Source: a virus
Strand: one strand, 5' to 3'
Length of the DNA stretch: 64,000 nt
IMG/VR virus record: IMGVR_UViG_3300037189_002988
Location: 16,722-80,721 of that record
Shown: piece by piece, positions 18,412 to 29,091 of the stretch
Layout: every line of letters begins with the position of its first letter
Numbering within the stretch: position 1 is the first letter of the stretch
Program-made: the position numbers and the translations under genes
The notes under the pieces: model-generated
The model's database searches: none
What the model saw: only the letters and a program-made list of their open reading frames with translations
Told to the model about the DNA's origin: nothing

Positions 18412-21400
18412 ATGTCTCATAATTTCTCAAATATTTACGCTGCTAGGGTATTCGCAGAACACCCATTAGCCCTTTGGTCACTAGACGATGAAATCTACTA
18501 CGTTTCAACTTTAGATGAAAATTATAAAGATGTTGAAAATTGGTTGATCGAAGGCTCAAATGCTCAATGGTTAAACTCATACTCTACTCCAACAAACATA
18601 CCTCTAAAGAATGAATCAAAAGGGGTATTAAGAAAAAACTCTAGTGCCAGTGTTACATATAGCAAAATCAACTCTGCATCAATAGCATACTCATCACTTG
18701 ATTCAACCAAAGATACAATTTGTATATCTGCCTTTGTATACCCATATAGTGCTCTTGTTGATAGTTATGAATTAGGATTTATATATTCAAATGGAACTAC
18801 TAGCAAGAGTAGTCTAAATTCTATTGGATCATCAGAATGGCAAATAATTCAACATACATCTACGATTCCTGTAGGTGCATCGGCTATGCCATATTTAAAG
18901 GTTAACTATATAGAAGGTGGATCTTTATCTGACTATGACGTTATGATAAATTCAATCTCAGTTGGACAATGGTCAGAATTATTTTTATACGATAGTTCTG
19001 GAATAGTTCCTACTGCACTAACAGATGTCTCATTAGAATCTTTAGTTCCAAGAACAGACTACTCTGTAGTTTCTGTAGACTCATATGGATTTAACGATAG
19101 TGATAATGGATATGTATTTATAGATAACGACAAACTTCTTTCTTATAACACTAGCCTTCCAATGGTATTTGGATCAGGAAATCTTACAGAAATATTAAGT
19201 CCAATAACACCAGGTATGCCATCACTTGCAATTCCTGGAAAAGGATTTTTAAATAAGACTGGTCAATATAGCGAAATGACTATGGAGTTTTGGCTAAGAG
19301 TAAACCCTAACGTATTTGAAGAAGTAAAAATATTTGGGCCACTTGCTTCAGATGATGGACTGTATGTTGATGACGACTATCTAACTTTAAAAATTGGAAG
19401 ATATACAAAATCATATTTTATAGGTAAGTGGTATAGACCTATGCTAGTTCATATAAGATACTCACAAGATTTTGCTAGTGTACTAATCAATGGAGATGTT
19501 GTAATTGAAATAGAACTAGATAGTTTGCTAATTGACTTTCCACCAAACAATGTTGATTGGCTAGGATTTTTTGGTAATGAAAATATTTATCCTTTCCAAC
19601 TAGATTGTATAGCAATATATCCATACATAGTTCCAGATCAACTAGCAAAGAAAAGATTTATCTTTGGCCAAGCAGTTCCAAATGCTGAGGCAGTAACAAA
19701 TAATTTCGGAGGAGAATCTTCATACATTGATTTTCCATTTGCACAATATACATCAACAATAAACTATCCAGATATGAATGCTTGGAACTCTGGATATTTT
19801 AATAATCTAAATGCCAACTCAAAATATATAGGTTTTCAAAATTATGATCTTCCAGAGTTTAGATTTAGTGGTCAAACAGGAATTTTTACAACTTCGGTAG
19901 ATATACGTGATTGGTCAGAGTTTGAACAAAAGAACTGGTTAGAATGGCTTTCATATTCTTGGCTAGGAATACAAACAGAAGAAGCATCAGACATCCTTAC
20001 TGATAATTTCTTAAAACAAGTAGAGGGAGAATATCCATTTATTAAGATGAGGCCGAATGACGCATACAATAACGTAGATGGGTCTATAGAGTTTGATTCA
20101 ATAAATCCAATAACTGACAGAGTAGCATCTGTTTACGCAGTATTTCAAGCACCACCAATATTATCAGCAAGTTCTCAAGTAATCATGCACTTTAAGAACT
20201 CTATCAATAATAATACTTTTGAAGTAACCCTTGACAACTCTGGACTAAAGTACGCCTATAACGATATAGTATTATCAACAGCATCAGTCGCAGCAAGTGC
20301 TAACTTTGCAGTAGGTATAGACATAGATAAACTTTCAATTAATTATGGAAATGTATTAGGAAACTTTTTTTCAAGTCCTCAAAATATATCATTAAGTTTG
20401 ATGGGCTATGCAAATTCAACATTCCTAGGAAAGTTCTTTAATATAACCTTTAACAATAGTTTCTTTAATCAAAAGGACATGTCTTCAATTTTTAATGAAC
20501 AAGGGTTTGCCAGCACTACAGTAACTAACCAATCTTTTGAATACACAGGAAATTATACGCTAAAGCCTCTGCTTGGCCCATCATCTATGACTCTTGATAT
20601 ATGTTCTGCTGGGTATTGGGAAGATTCAATACCACTTTCATACTTTGGTAAGTTAGTTAAAAGCAAGGGTGGATTAGAATATTATGATCTAGATATGATT
20701 CAATTTAATATAGAATACCCATCTCAGGTATTAACAAATCCTTCATCTAGTGCAAATTATCATAATCATGATAACCTAAAGTCATATATAACTCTTCAAA
20801 GTTTTGATGAGGTAGGAAAAGTTTCATATTCTAAATATATTAATACTCAAGAACTAACAAACAACAGAGTGCTTGATTTTGATAATACAACAGACGTTAT
20901 TGAGACAAAGTTTGAAGTAGCAGATGGAACAGTTATTTTTCCACCAAAAGAGTTAGTTGACTTTTCAAACTACTACATAACTATCCATCTAGAACTAAAA
21001 GTTCAGGGGGTAAATTCAAAGCCACTACAAATTAAAAGAATGAGCCTATCTTCACTGGCTAATGATGAAAGTGATTTCTTCTCTATTAATACAAGAACTG
21101 GTAACAAAATATATCCTGTTTCAAGATACGACAGGGCATACTCTTATAAAGATAAAAACCCATTTACTATTTATAAAGACTCTACACCATATCTATATTT
21201 AACAGGAGACTCTGGAATATCAATACTTCCTTATACTTCACAGAGCACCAGAGCCTTTTCTATACCTATAAATAATAAGAAGGTATCATCCTTTTCCCTT
21301 GGCGGTTTTCAATTATGGTGTATGTACAATGAAGATGCTATTGTAGGATCTGTTAAAAAGGTAGGAAGAGTCTCAACTCCAGATAGAACCTATGACATAT

Positions 21401-21957
21401 ATCTTGACCCAATTGATAATGGAAAACGTGCATTACTAAAAGTATTTGATGCCGAAACAGGTTTTGAAGACGATGCTTTAACTTTTTATCAAAACGGTGT
21501 AAAGATAAATCATCCAGTTATATATCCAATGGTATGGTCATCTATAGTATTCTCATTTGGAGAAACTATCTTACTAGACGGTGTGTCTGGCCAACTAGAA
21601 CTGTATCAGGGATTTTTATACAACAACATTACTGTATATCAAAAATCAACAGAAATTTTAGGTCAAAGAACAGATGCAAGAACATGGCAAGAGGTTAGAG
21701 CATCAGAAGCAATTATCGGAGAAGAAATTGTTACAATCCAACTACAATGGGAAGACTGGAGCCCAACACAGTGGGGAATTGTTTATGCACCAACTACTTC
21801 TATTACATTTACAATAGATGGTCAAAGCATTATGGGTTCATACTTAGGAACCTCTAGTATAGTTTCTGATGATTCTTCAGTAATAGAGTTAAATTCAGAT
21901 GGTGTAGATATAATTTCTGACGTTACATGGGACACAACTCTTGTCAAACCAGTATAA
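18412..21957 (+). CDS. Large minor tail / structural protein with a LamG-like segment
   Basis: 1181 aa, beta-rich; VFAEHPLALWSLD, MTMEFWLR, W...MLVHI, LINGD LamG-like motifs. Preceded by TGCTAAAAT and RBS gagg. Confidence 0.55.
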   Translation: MSHNFSNIYAARVFAEHPLALWSLDDEIYYVSTLDENYKDVENWLIEGSNAQWLNSYSTPTNIPLKNESKGVLRKNSSASVTYSKINSASIAYSSLDSTKDTICISAFVYPYSALVDSYELGFIYSNGTTSKSSLNSIGSSEWQIIQHTSTIPVGASAMPYLKVNYIEGGSLSDYDVMINSISVGQWSELFLYDSSGIVPTALTDVSLESLVPRTDYSVVSVDSYGFNDSDNGYVFIDNDKLLSYNTSLPMVFGSGNLTEILSPITPGMPSLAIPGKGFLNKTGQYSEMTMEFWLRVNPNVFEEVKIFGPLASDDGLYVDDDYLTLKIGRYTKSYFIGKWYRPMLVHIRYSQDFASVLINGDVVIEIELDSLLIDFPPNNVDWLGFFGNENIYPFQLDCIAIYPYIVPDQLAKKRFIFGQAVPNAEAVTNNFGGESSYIDFPFAQYTSTINYPDMNAWNSGYFNNLNANSKYIGFQNYDLPEFRFSGQTGIFTTSVDIRDWSEFEQKNWLEWLSYSWLGIQTEEASDILTDNFLKQVEGEYPFIKMRPNDAYNNVDGSIEFDSINPITDRVASVYAVFQAPPILSASSQVIMHFKNSINNNTFEVTLDNSGLKYAYNDIVLSTASVAASANFAVGIDIDKLSINYGNVLGNFFSSPQNISLSLMGYANSTFLGKFFNITFNNSFFNQKDMSSIFNEQGFASTTVTNQSFEYTGNYTLKPLLGPSSMTLDICSAGYWEDSIPLSYFGKLVKSKGGLEYYDLDMIQFNIEYPSQVLTNPSSSANYHNHDNLKSYITLQSFDEVGKVSYSKYINTQELTNNRVLDFDNTTDVIETKFEVADGTVIFPPKELVDFSNYYITIHLELKVQGVNSKPLQIKRMSLSSLANDESDFFSINTRTGNKIYPVSRYDRAYSYKDKNPFTIYKDSTPYLYLTGDSGISILPYTSQSTRAFSIPINNKKVSSFSLGGFQLWCMYNEDAIVGSVKKVGRVSTPDRTYDIYLDPIDNGKRALLKVFDAETGFEDDALTFYQNGVKINHPVIYPMVWSSIVFSFGETILLDGVSGQLELYQGFLYNNITVYQKSTEILGQRTDARTWQEVRASEAIIGEEIVTIQLQWEDWSPTQWGIVYAPTTSITFTIDGQSIMGSYLGTSSIVSDDSSVIELNSDGVDIISDVTWDTTLVKPV

Positions 21958-21975
21958 TATGGTATACTTGTTGAC

Positions 21976-22341
21976 ATGAATCCAAAAAAACTTAAGAATA
22001 ATGGCAAGCCTAAGATCACATTAGTAGAAAAAAAATCAGACTGGGGCATCTATGTATGGATGTGTGACCTAGATAACAAACCTTTCGGAGATGGTAACGG
22101 AAATATTATGAATATTCCTGGCCGTCCATATGATTTAGAAAAAATGGCTAAGATCAGACAAGCAGCAGAACACTATGGTGCACCTGCAGGAAAGGTTCAG
22201 TTCATGGCTGGCGTAAATAGAGTTACAGATGAAGAACACTCTGAACAAATAGAAAGAATGAAATCAGGACTAATTCCAAGCGAAACAGATATTGGTGCTT
22301 GGATGGCGGCAGAAAAGGGATTCAATAAATATGGAAGATGA
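21976..22341 (+). CDS. Hypothetical protein upstream of the portal (probably leaderless)
   Basis: 121-aa ORF with TGGTATACT 7 nt upstream of ATG. Confidence 0.6.
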   Translation: MNPKKLKNNGKPKITLVEKKSDWGIYVWMCDLDNKPFGDGNGNIMNIPGRPYDLEKMAKIRQAAEHYGAPAGKVQFMAGVNRVTDEEHSEQIERMKSGLIPSETDIGAWMAAEKGFNKYGR

Positions 22342-23887
22342 AGGCGTAATAGCAAGAATAGATAATTTAGACAAGGCAGAAAAGCCTGAAAAAATAGATC
22401 CATTTAATACTGATGGAGAACTAGTAAAGTCTTATGATGGAATACATCAAAATTTTAAACGTAAAATAGCAAGAACTGTTAACAAGGTATATCAAGGTGT
22501 TGATGATGCAAAGTCAAAACAACTATTTCCAGAACAGGATATGGTTACAGCCTATGGTCTTTTTGACGTAGTTATTCCACCATACAACCTAGATGAACTT
22601 GCATATTTTTATGAAAACTCATTTGCTAACCACGCAGCAATCCAAGCAAAGGTTGCAAACATAGTAGGGTTAGGATATTCATTTGAAATGACAGACTCTA
22701 CAGTTGCAAGACTTGAAGAGGCTCCAGACGATGCGTCATTGATGAGGGCACAAAGAAAAATTCAAAGACTAAAGGCAGACCTAACTTCTTGGGTAGAAAG
22801 TTTAAATGATGAAGATACCTTTACACATGTATTAGAAAAGGTATACACAGATGTTGAAACTGTAGGTAATGGATATATTGAAATTGGAAGAAAGGTAAAT
22901 GGAGATATTGGATATATTGGCCATATCCCAGCAACCACAATTCGTGTTCGCCGTATGCGTGATGGATATATTCAAATAGTAAATCAAAAGGTAGTATATT
23001 TTAGAAACTTTCAAGAGTCAAGAAATATTAACCCAGTAACAAACGATAATAGACCAAACGAGTTAATTCATATTAAAAAGTACTCACCAAAGAATTCATA
23101 CTATGGAGTTCCAGACACAGTAGCAGCAGCCACATCAATGGTTGGTAACGAATTAGCAGCAAAGTATAATGTTGACTATTTTGAAAACAAAGCAGTGCCT
23201 AGATATATTGCTGTAGTAAAGGGTGCAAAGTTAAGTTCAGAAGCAGAAGACAAATTCTTTAGATTTATGCAAGCAGGACTAAAGGGTCAAAACCATAGAA
23301 CTCTTTATATCCCACTTCCTGGAGATGGACCAGATAGTAAGGTAGATTTTAAATTAGAGCCAATTGAAAATGGAATTCAAGATGGATCATTTGATAGTTA
23401 TCGCAAAGCAAACCGTGATGACATCCTTATGGCACATCAAGTTCCATACTCAAAGGTTGGCGGTGGTGCAGGAATTTCTATCGCATCAGCATTAGTAGCG
23501 GATAGAACATTTAAGGAGCAGGTTGCAAGACCATCACAGAGAAATCTAGAAAAGACCATTAACAAGATTGTTAAGGAAAAGACAGATATGCTCTCCCTTA
23601 AATTTAATGAACTAACATTGACAGATGAACAAACTCAAAGTCAAATAGACGAGAGATACCTACGTATGCAGGTAGTTGTTCCAAATGAGGTTCGTGAAAG
23701 ATTGGGATACCCAGTAAGACCTGGTGGATCAGAACCAATTGTTCTCAATGCTCAGGCAAGGGCAGAACAAACTTCCCAAGCAACTGGCAATAGAAATAGG
23801 GATCAACAAAGAACTAACAATGCATCAGATTCAACCTCAACCACCACTGGACGAAATGCTCAGGGTGAAGGTAGATCTCAACAATAA
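22331..23887 (+). CDS. Portal protein (HK97/PBSX-like)
   Basis: PPYNLDEL, GNGYIEI, HIPATTIRV, ELIHIK....YYGVP, YFENKAVP, DILMAHQVP, PNEVRERLGY. Start moved to ATG 22331, which overlaps the upstream stop. Confidence 0.9.
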   Translation: MEDEGVIARIDNLDKAEKPEKIDPFNTDGELVKSYDGIHQNFKRKIARTVNKVYQGVDDAKSKQLFPEQDMVTAYGLFDVVIPPYNLDELAYFYENSFANHAAIQAKVANIVGLGYSFEMTDSTVARLEEAPDDASLMRAQRKIQRLKADLTSWVESLNDEDTFTHVLEKVYTDVETVGNGYIEIGRKVNGDIGYIGHIPATTIRVRRMRDGYIQIVNQKVVYFRNFQESRNINPVTNDNRPNELIHIKKYSPKNSYYGVPDTVAAATSMVGNELAAKYNVDYFENKAVPRYIAVVKGAKLSSEAEDKFFRFMQAGLKGQNHRTLYIPLPGDGPDSKVDFKLEPIENGIQDGSFDSYRKANRDDILMAHQVPYSKVGGGAGISIASALVADRTFKEQVARPSQRNLEKTINKIVKEKTDMLSLKFNELTLTDEQTQSQIDERYLRMQVVVPNEVRERLGYPVRPGGSEPIVLNAQARAEQTSQATGNRNRDQQRTNNASDSTSTTTGRNAQGEGRSQQ

Positions 23888-23938
23888 TTGTTATAAACTT
23901 TTAAATCACCTATAAACACTTATTATAATAGAGGTAGC

Positions 23939-25342
23939 ATGACTAATTTAAATAAGGCCTTTTGGCACTCTGAAGAAAACAGCATCAAGTTATCGATGCC
24001 GATTGCCAAGGTAGACAAAGAAAAGCGTATGGTTTCAGGGTTCGCGACCCTTGATAATATTGACAAGCAATCAGACATTGTTCCAACAGATGTTAGCGTA
24101 AAAGCATTCGAAAGATTCCGTGGAAACCTTCGTGAAATGCACATGCCAATTGCGGTGGGTAGAGTGGTATCATTTAAATCAGATAAGTTTTATAATAAAG
24201 AAGAAGATAGATTCTATAATGGAGTTTTTGTAAATGCATATATTTCTAAAGGTGCTCAAGATACTTGGGAAAAAGTTCTTGATGGTACTCTTTCTGGCTT
24301 TTCTATTGGTGGTAGCATCAAAGATTCTGACCAGATCTACGATGCCGAGATGGATAAATCAGTTCGCGTTATTAAAGACTATGACCTACACGAACTCTCA
24401 TTAGTAGACAATCCAGCAAATCAATTTGCAAATATTGTGTCTATCGAAAAAATGGCAGACGGTCAAAACAAAATTGATGGTATTATTAGTAAAGTAGATC
24501 TTGAAAATGTTTACTGGTGTGAATCAGATTCACTAATTAGACTTTCTCAAGAAGAAGATTCTTCATGCCCATCATGCGATAAAGGTATGACAAATATTGG
24601 CTTTGTAGAATCAAACGATTCAGAAAAGAATTCTGTGGTAAAAGGCTTACTAGCGTCACAGAAAAATAGACTTGGTAACAAAATCACCAAGGCTGAAAAT
24701 CCTGATAAGGAGGGAAATAATATGGCAGAAGAAAATGTAGAAGTAGCACCAGCAACTGAAGAAGTTGTTGAAACACCAGCAGCAGATGCACCAGCAGCAG
24801 CAGAAGAAGTTGCAGCAGAAGCACCAGCAGCAGAAGAAGTTGCTACAGATGAAAACATTGAAAAATCAGCAGATGCAGAAGAAGTTGCACCAGCAGAAGC
24901 AGCACCAGCCGAAGATGCACCAGTTGCACCAGAAGCACCAGCAGCAGACGCACCAGCAGCAGAAGATGCACCAGCAGAAGATGCCGTCACTCCTGCTAAC
25001 GAAAGCGATAACGCTGAATTAGCAAAGGCTGTAGATACAGTACAAGAATCAGTAGATGAGGTTCAAAATACAGTTGCTTCAGCACTTGGAGACTTGGTGA
25101 CAACAGTAAAATCACTAAACGACAAAATGGCAGAACTGCAAAAAAGCATTGCTTCCGCACAAGAGGAAATTAAAGGCATTAAAGGCAATGTAGATAATTT
25201 TGGAAAGCGTGTTGACTCACTAGAAGATGACACCGCTATCCGTAAGTCTGGCGATCTCGGCGGGATCGTTCAGGAAACACAAATAACAAAAAAATCGATG
25301 TGGGGCGGGCGTTTCCTCAATTCCGCTGACCTATATCGCTAA
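23939..25342 (+). CDS. Prohead protease (HK97 type) fused to scaffold domain
   Basis: RMVSGFAT...DKQSD, REMH...AVG, GTLSGFSIGG, ELSLVDNPAN; then a Cys cluster, an Ala/Glu/Pro linker and a coiled coil. Confidence 0.88.
   Translation: MTNLNKAFWHSEENSIKLSMPIAKVDKEKRMVSGFATLDNIDKQSDIVPTDVSVKAFERFRGNLREMHMPIAVGRVVSFKSDKFYNKEEDRFYNGVFVNAYISKGAQDTWEKVLDGTLSGFSIGGSIKDSDQIYDAEMDKSVRVIKDYDLHELSLVDNPANQFANIVSIEKMADGQNKIDGIISKVDLENVYWCESDSLIRLSQEEDSSCPSCDKGMTNIGFVESNDSEKNSVVKGLLASQKNRLGNKITKAENPDKEGNNMAEENVEVAPATEEVVETPAADAPAAAEEVAAEAPAAEEVATDENIEKSADAEEVAPAEAAPAEDAPVAPEAPAADAPAAEDAPAEDAVTPANESDNAELAKAVDTVQESVDEVQNTVASALGDLVTTVKSLNDKMAELQKSIASAQEEIKGIKGNVDNFGKRVDSLEDDTAIRKSGDLGGIVQETQITKKSMWGGRFLNSADLYR
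24722..25342 (+). CDS. Nested in-frame scaffold protein (internal start)
   Basis: Strong internal RBS AAGGAGGG just upstream of in-frame ATG 24722 (MAEENVE...), exactly where the acidic scaffold-like region starts. Confidence 0.6.
   Translation: MAEENVEVAPATEEVVETPAADAPAAAEEVAAEAPAAEEVATDENIEKSADAEEVAPAEAAPAEDAPVAPEAPAADAPAAEDAPAEDAVTPANESDNAELAKAVDTVQESVDEVQNTVASALGDLVTTVKSLNDKMAELQKSIASAQEEIKGIKGNVDNFGKRVDSLEDDTAIRKSGDLGGIVQETQITKKSMWGGRFLNSADLYR
24740..24990 (+). repeat. Low-complexity Ala/Pro/Glu repeats (gcaccagcagcagaaga units)
   Basis: APAAEE/DAPA repeats within the scaffold. Confidence 0.75.
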
Positions 25343-25370
25343 AACAAAATTCACTGGGAGGTGAAATATT

Positions 25371-26351
25371 ATGGCAGATGAAATTTTAGAAAAGGCAGTA
25401 AGTACAGGATCAATCGTTTCTGGAGGTGTTGGTGGAGTAGTTAACCCAAACGCTGGAGACCTTGGTGTATATGGTGCTACCACAAATGATGGTGGTATCT
25501 TATCTCCTGAACAATCACGCCAATTCATCGAATATATTTTCGAACAACAAGTACTAGCACGTGACGGACGCAGAGTAACAATGCGTACAAACGCTGCAGA
25601 ACTTGAAAAATTAAACGTAGGCGAACGTGTAATTCGTGCTGCTGCTCAAGCAGATAACGCATACACAAATGCTGGCGTAACATTTACAAAGGTTGAACTT
25701 TCAACAAAAAAGATTCGTCTTGATTGGGAAGTATCAACAGAAGCATTAGAAGATAACCTTGAAGGTGCTGGATTAGAAGATCACTTAGTTCGCGTAATGA
25801 CTCGTGCATTCGCAAACGATCTTGAAGATCTTGCAATCAATGGTACAGGAACTGGTTCAAACGCATTCCTAAACATCCTTGAAGGCTTTACAACAAAAGA
25901 AAATAATGGTGCAAGTGCAACATACGGCACAACTGTAGAATCCTTACAAGCATTGGTATTAAAAATGCCACGTAAGTATCGTGCAGCACGTGCTAACATG
26001 AAGTTCTACGCAGATACAGAAACAGTATCTGACATCATTAATGGTCTTGGATCTAACGGTAACTTAAACAGCGAAAGAATCGTTGAAAGAGTTATTGGTG
26101 GAACAGAACCACAACTTGTTGGTGCACCTATTGCTTACCGCGTTCTAGGCCTTCCTTTATTGGAAGTTCCTTTGATGCCTGCAAACCGTGTCGTTTTGAC
26201 ATTCCCTGAAAACCGTATTTGGGGTTTCCAAAGAGACATTACAGTTCATCGTGAGTTCCAACCAAAGAAAGACACTGTAGAATATACAGTATTCCTACGC
26301 TTTGGTGTACAAATCGAAGAAACAGCAGCAGTAGCAAGAATGCAAGGATAA
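25371..26351 (+). CDS. Major capsid protein (HK97 fold)
   Basis: Follows protease-scaffold. GGILSPEQSRQFI, VEL.TKK.RLDWEVSTEALEDN.EG, FANDLEDLAING. Biased codons, strong RBS, terminator downstream. Confidence 0.9.
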   Translation: MADEILEKAVSTGSIVSGGVGGVVNPNAGDLGVYGATTNDGGILSPEQSRQFIEYIFEQQVLARDGRRVTMRTNAAELEKLNVGERVIRAAAQADNAYTNAGVTFTKVELSTKKIRLDWEVSTEALEDNLEGAGLEDHLVRVMTRAFANDLEDLAINGTGTGSNAFLNILEGFTTKENNGASATYGTTVESLQALVLKMPRKYRAARANMKFYADTETVSDIINGLGSNGNLNSERIVERVIGGTEPQLVGAPIAYRVLGLPLLEVPLMPANRVVLTFPENRIWGFQRDITVHREFQPKKDTVEYTVFLRFGVQIEETAAVARMQG

Positions 26352-26367
26352 TATCCTTAAAATAATT

Positions 26368-26398
26368 AGAGAGGGGCATTTATTTGTCCCTCTCTTTT
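26368..26398 (+). terminator. Rho-independent terminator after the capsid gene
   Basis: GAGAGGGGCA-loop-TGTCCCTCTC followed by a T tract. Confidence 0.8.
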
Positions 26399-26430
26399 CT
26401 TTTATAGTATAATTAAATAGAGGTGCACAC

Positions 26431-27315
26431 ATGGAAATTTTAAATTATAACAGTGGTTCACTAAGTGCATCTGTTTCAGGTTTAACTGCAAGCACAAACT
26501 ACCTAATAGAATTAAATGACTTAATTACAGGAAATGAATACTCAGCATCAGCAACATCTAATGGATCTGGAACTGTAGTATTTACAATGCCTTCAAACTT
26601 TAAAGAATATACAGCAAAACTTGCTGCATCAGTTAAGAAAATATCAAATGATGATTTAGTTAAGATATTTAATATAGATATAGTAAGACCGTACACTAAC
26701 ATATCCTCAATCGTAACAGCACTTAAAGTTACAAATACCCAGGCTACAGAATATGAAAGACTTGCAAGATATATCATAGATTCACATACTGGCGGGTTTG
26801 AATATATGCGTAAAAAGAAAGAGTTTGTTGGAGATAACTCAGATCAACTTTTAATAGATGAACCAATCACTGGCAAGATTTATAGCATTTTGGAAAATAA
26901 CGAGGTAATGTTTGAAAGAGATGAAGACTTATCAAACAATGATCAAGAATTTGTATATAAGAAACAATTAAGTGCAATAGTTCAAAATCTACCAAATGGC
27001 AATAACAGAGTAAACTATTCAAAGGTATGGAGAGATAGATACTTAGATGTAGAATTCTACGATGGTTATGAATACCTTGTAGATGCAGACTTTGGATGGA
27101 AGGTTATTCCACAAGATATTCAAGATGCAGCAGATATGCTTATTCAAGATATTGCATCAGATAGTTTAAAGTATGTTAACAGATATATTGAATCATTTGA
27201 TAATGATGACTTTAAGATTAAGTTCTCTAAGAATTGGACAGCAAGCACAGGTAATCGTGTAGTAGATAGAATCCTGGAGAAATATCAGAAACCCATTCGT
27301 GTCGGGGTGTTCTAA
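26431..27315 (+). CDS. Head-tail connector (adaptor) protein
   Basis: Directly after the capsid gene. ARYIIDSHTG, G W..IPQDIQDAADMLI.D, TGNRVVDRILEKY resemble gp6-like adaptors. Confidence 0.7.
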   Translation: MEILNYNSGSLSASVSGLTASTNYLIELNDLITGNEYSASATSNGSGTVVFTMPSNFKEYTAKLAASVKKISNDDLVKIFNIDIVRPYTNISSIVTALKVTNTQATEYERLARYIIDSHTGGFEYMRKKKEFVGDNSDQLLIDEPITGKIYSILENNEVMFERDEDLSNNDQEFVYKKQLSAIVQNLPNGNNRVNYSKVWRDRYLDVEFYDGYEYLVDADFGWKVIPQDIQDAADMLIQDIASDSLKYVNRYIESFDNDDFKIKFSKNWTASTGNRVVDRILEKYQKPIRVGVF

Positions 27316-27768
27316 ATGTTTAGTGCATCTGGATTAACAGATATTTACTATCCAATGTCTGCTGAATTATATTATGCCGAAAGCAAACAAGATGAACTAG
27401 GCGTTATACAAAAAACGTGGGTATTAGACAGGGTAATAAGATGTTCTATTATATCCTCTATGTCAGATAAGACTCTTACTGGAGAATTAAAGAATAGTGG
27501 ACCTATGTTTCAATATAACTCAGATGTTCTTCTAAGAACCAATGAAGATATTCAAAAGAAAAAGAATGGTAGCATATTTTCAATAACTGAGATTTTAATA
27601 ACAAATGTAAAAGATCCTGCTGGTAAAATAGTATGGCTAGAAAAGAATCAAAAGCCAACTCAATATGAAATAAAAACTTTTGTGCCATCCTACAATGGAT
27701 TTCATGAAGTAGAGTTCTATCGTGGATATCTTGCAAGATCAGTAAGACAAAACGAGGTATTATACTAA
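27316..27768 (+). CDS. Putative head closure (stopper) protein
   Basis: Synteny and QDELG.I.KTW motif. Confidence 0.55.
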   Translation: MFSASGLTDIYYPMSAELYYAESKQDELGVIQKTWVLDRVIRCSIISSMSDKTLTGELKNSGPMFQYNSDVLLRTNEDIQKKKNGSIFSITEILITNVKDPAGKIVWLEKNQKPTQYEIKTFVPSYNGFHEVEFYRGYLARSVRQNEVLY

Positions 27769-28469
27769 TGGGTGCTATAGCAGTAAAATTTGATACAGTT
27801 AAACTAAATAGAACAATAAGCAACATTGTAAAGTACTCAGATGGATTTCTAAGTGAAACAAAACAGAGTAAAAACAAGATAGCACTAAAGATGGCTAATA
27901 CAAGCGTTAATGCTTTTTATCAATACCTTGATGGCGTGGCTAGAATGCATCCAGCAATGCTTCATCATATATATGAATGGGGAGAAGTTGGAAACCCATT
28001 TGCAAGACTTGTAGAACTTAACATCAAGGCTGGTCAAGGTGGCGTTATAGTTGGTGCAAACTTTTTACAATCAAATAGCAGTCCTAAGAGTGGTAGTGAA
28101 CCATTTTACAATAAGGCTGAAGTGATGGAAGATGGAGAGCCAATCACTGTTCAAGAAAAAGATGCAGAGGCTTTATTTTTTGAAATTGATGGCAAAGAGT
28201 TTTTTAGAAAAGGTCCTATTATAATTGAGAATCCTGGTGGAGAAGCAGTTAGAGGATCATTTGTAAGAACATTCAATGAATTCTATGGATCATATTTTTC
28301 TCAAGTATACTTAAGATCTATAAAGTTTTATGAGCATTTTCAAAACCCTAAGTCATATGCTAGAAACTTTAGATCAGCAGTTAAAGGTAGTAATGCAAAA
28401 AATGCTGGTAAGGCTGCTGCTATGCAGTGGATAAACAGTATTCCAGGAGATGATCAGATTGGCCTATAG
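27768..28469 (+). CDS. Putative neck / tail completion protein
   Basis: Synteny between head closure and tail terminator positions. Confidence 0.45.
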   Translation: MGAIAVKFDTVKLNRTISNIVKYSDGFLSETKQSKNKIALKMANTSVNAFYQYLDGVARMHPAMLHHIYEWGEVGNPFARLVELNIKAGQGGVIVGANFLQSNSSPKSGSEPFYNKAEVMEDGEPITVQEKDAEALFFEIDGKEFFRKGPIIIENPGGEAVRGSFVRTFNEFYGSYFSQVYLRSIKFYEHFQNPKSYARNFRSAVKGSNAKNAGKAAAMQWINSIPGDDQIGL

Positions 28470-29025
28470 TGCAGCAAGTGTAATGCTATTTACACCAACA
28501 GCAAACATATTAAAATACGCATTTGATGAAATTATTCAATTACCAGAATTTGACTATTTAAATAAAATAATTGATCAAGAAGGAAATAAACTTAGTCCAA
28601 TAGTTCCGTTAACAATCATTAACTCTGGTGCAGATGCTTTACCATTTAATACACTAACTAATCCACAACAAGTCTCAATTGTTCATGATGAATTTATTAA
28701 ACAAAGAAGTGGACAGTATAAATACTTTTATCCAATAAAGGGTGTTCAGTCTAGAGTTAAAATAAGCCACGGCAATTTAGCAGACCTAATGGCTTTAAAG
28801 TGGAAATTTTTAGAGATTATAGATAGAGATGATGCAGCAGCAGAAGACATTAATGCCTGGATGCAAGATACTTATGGCGGGGATCAAAAAATCTACTTCC
28901 ATTGTGTAAATGCCTATGAAACTACATATATGGCAGATGCTACTAATTTAGATGACCAAAGAAACGTATTTTCTGGGGATATTATAATTAAGGCTGATTA
29001 TCATACAATATCAGACTACCGATAA
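28450..29025 (+). CDS. Putative tail terminator protein
   Basis: Synteny, immediately before the major tail gene. Confidence 0.45.
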   Translation: MIRLAYSAASVMLFTPTANILKYAFDEIIQLPEFDYLNKIIDQEGNKLSPIVPLTIINSGADALPFNTLTNPQQVSIVHDEFIKQRSGQYKYFYPIKGVQSRVKISHGNLADLMALKWKFLEIIDRDDAAAEDINAWMQDTYGGDQKIYFHCVNAYETTYMADATNLDDQRNVFSGDIIIKADYHTISDYR

Positions 29026-29091
29026 ACAAGACTTATAATTGTATTGAGGAACGCCCCCACTATCAACAAAATATAGAGGAGGGAAATAAAT

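Noticed and set aside
22292-22330. Longer portal N-terminus from the ORF track; likewise listed starts 59617 and 62026
   Set aside because: Downstream ATGs (22331, 59812, 62071) have better RBS or coupling. The listed starts overlap other genes or a terminator.
24547-25022. Ala/Ser-rich antisense ORF and Gln-rich alternative-frame ORF
   Set aside because: Artefacts of the gcaccagcagca repeat in the scaffold gene.
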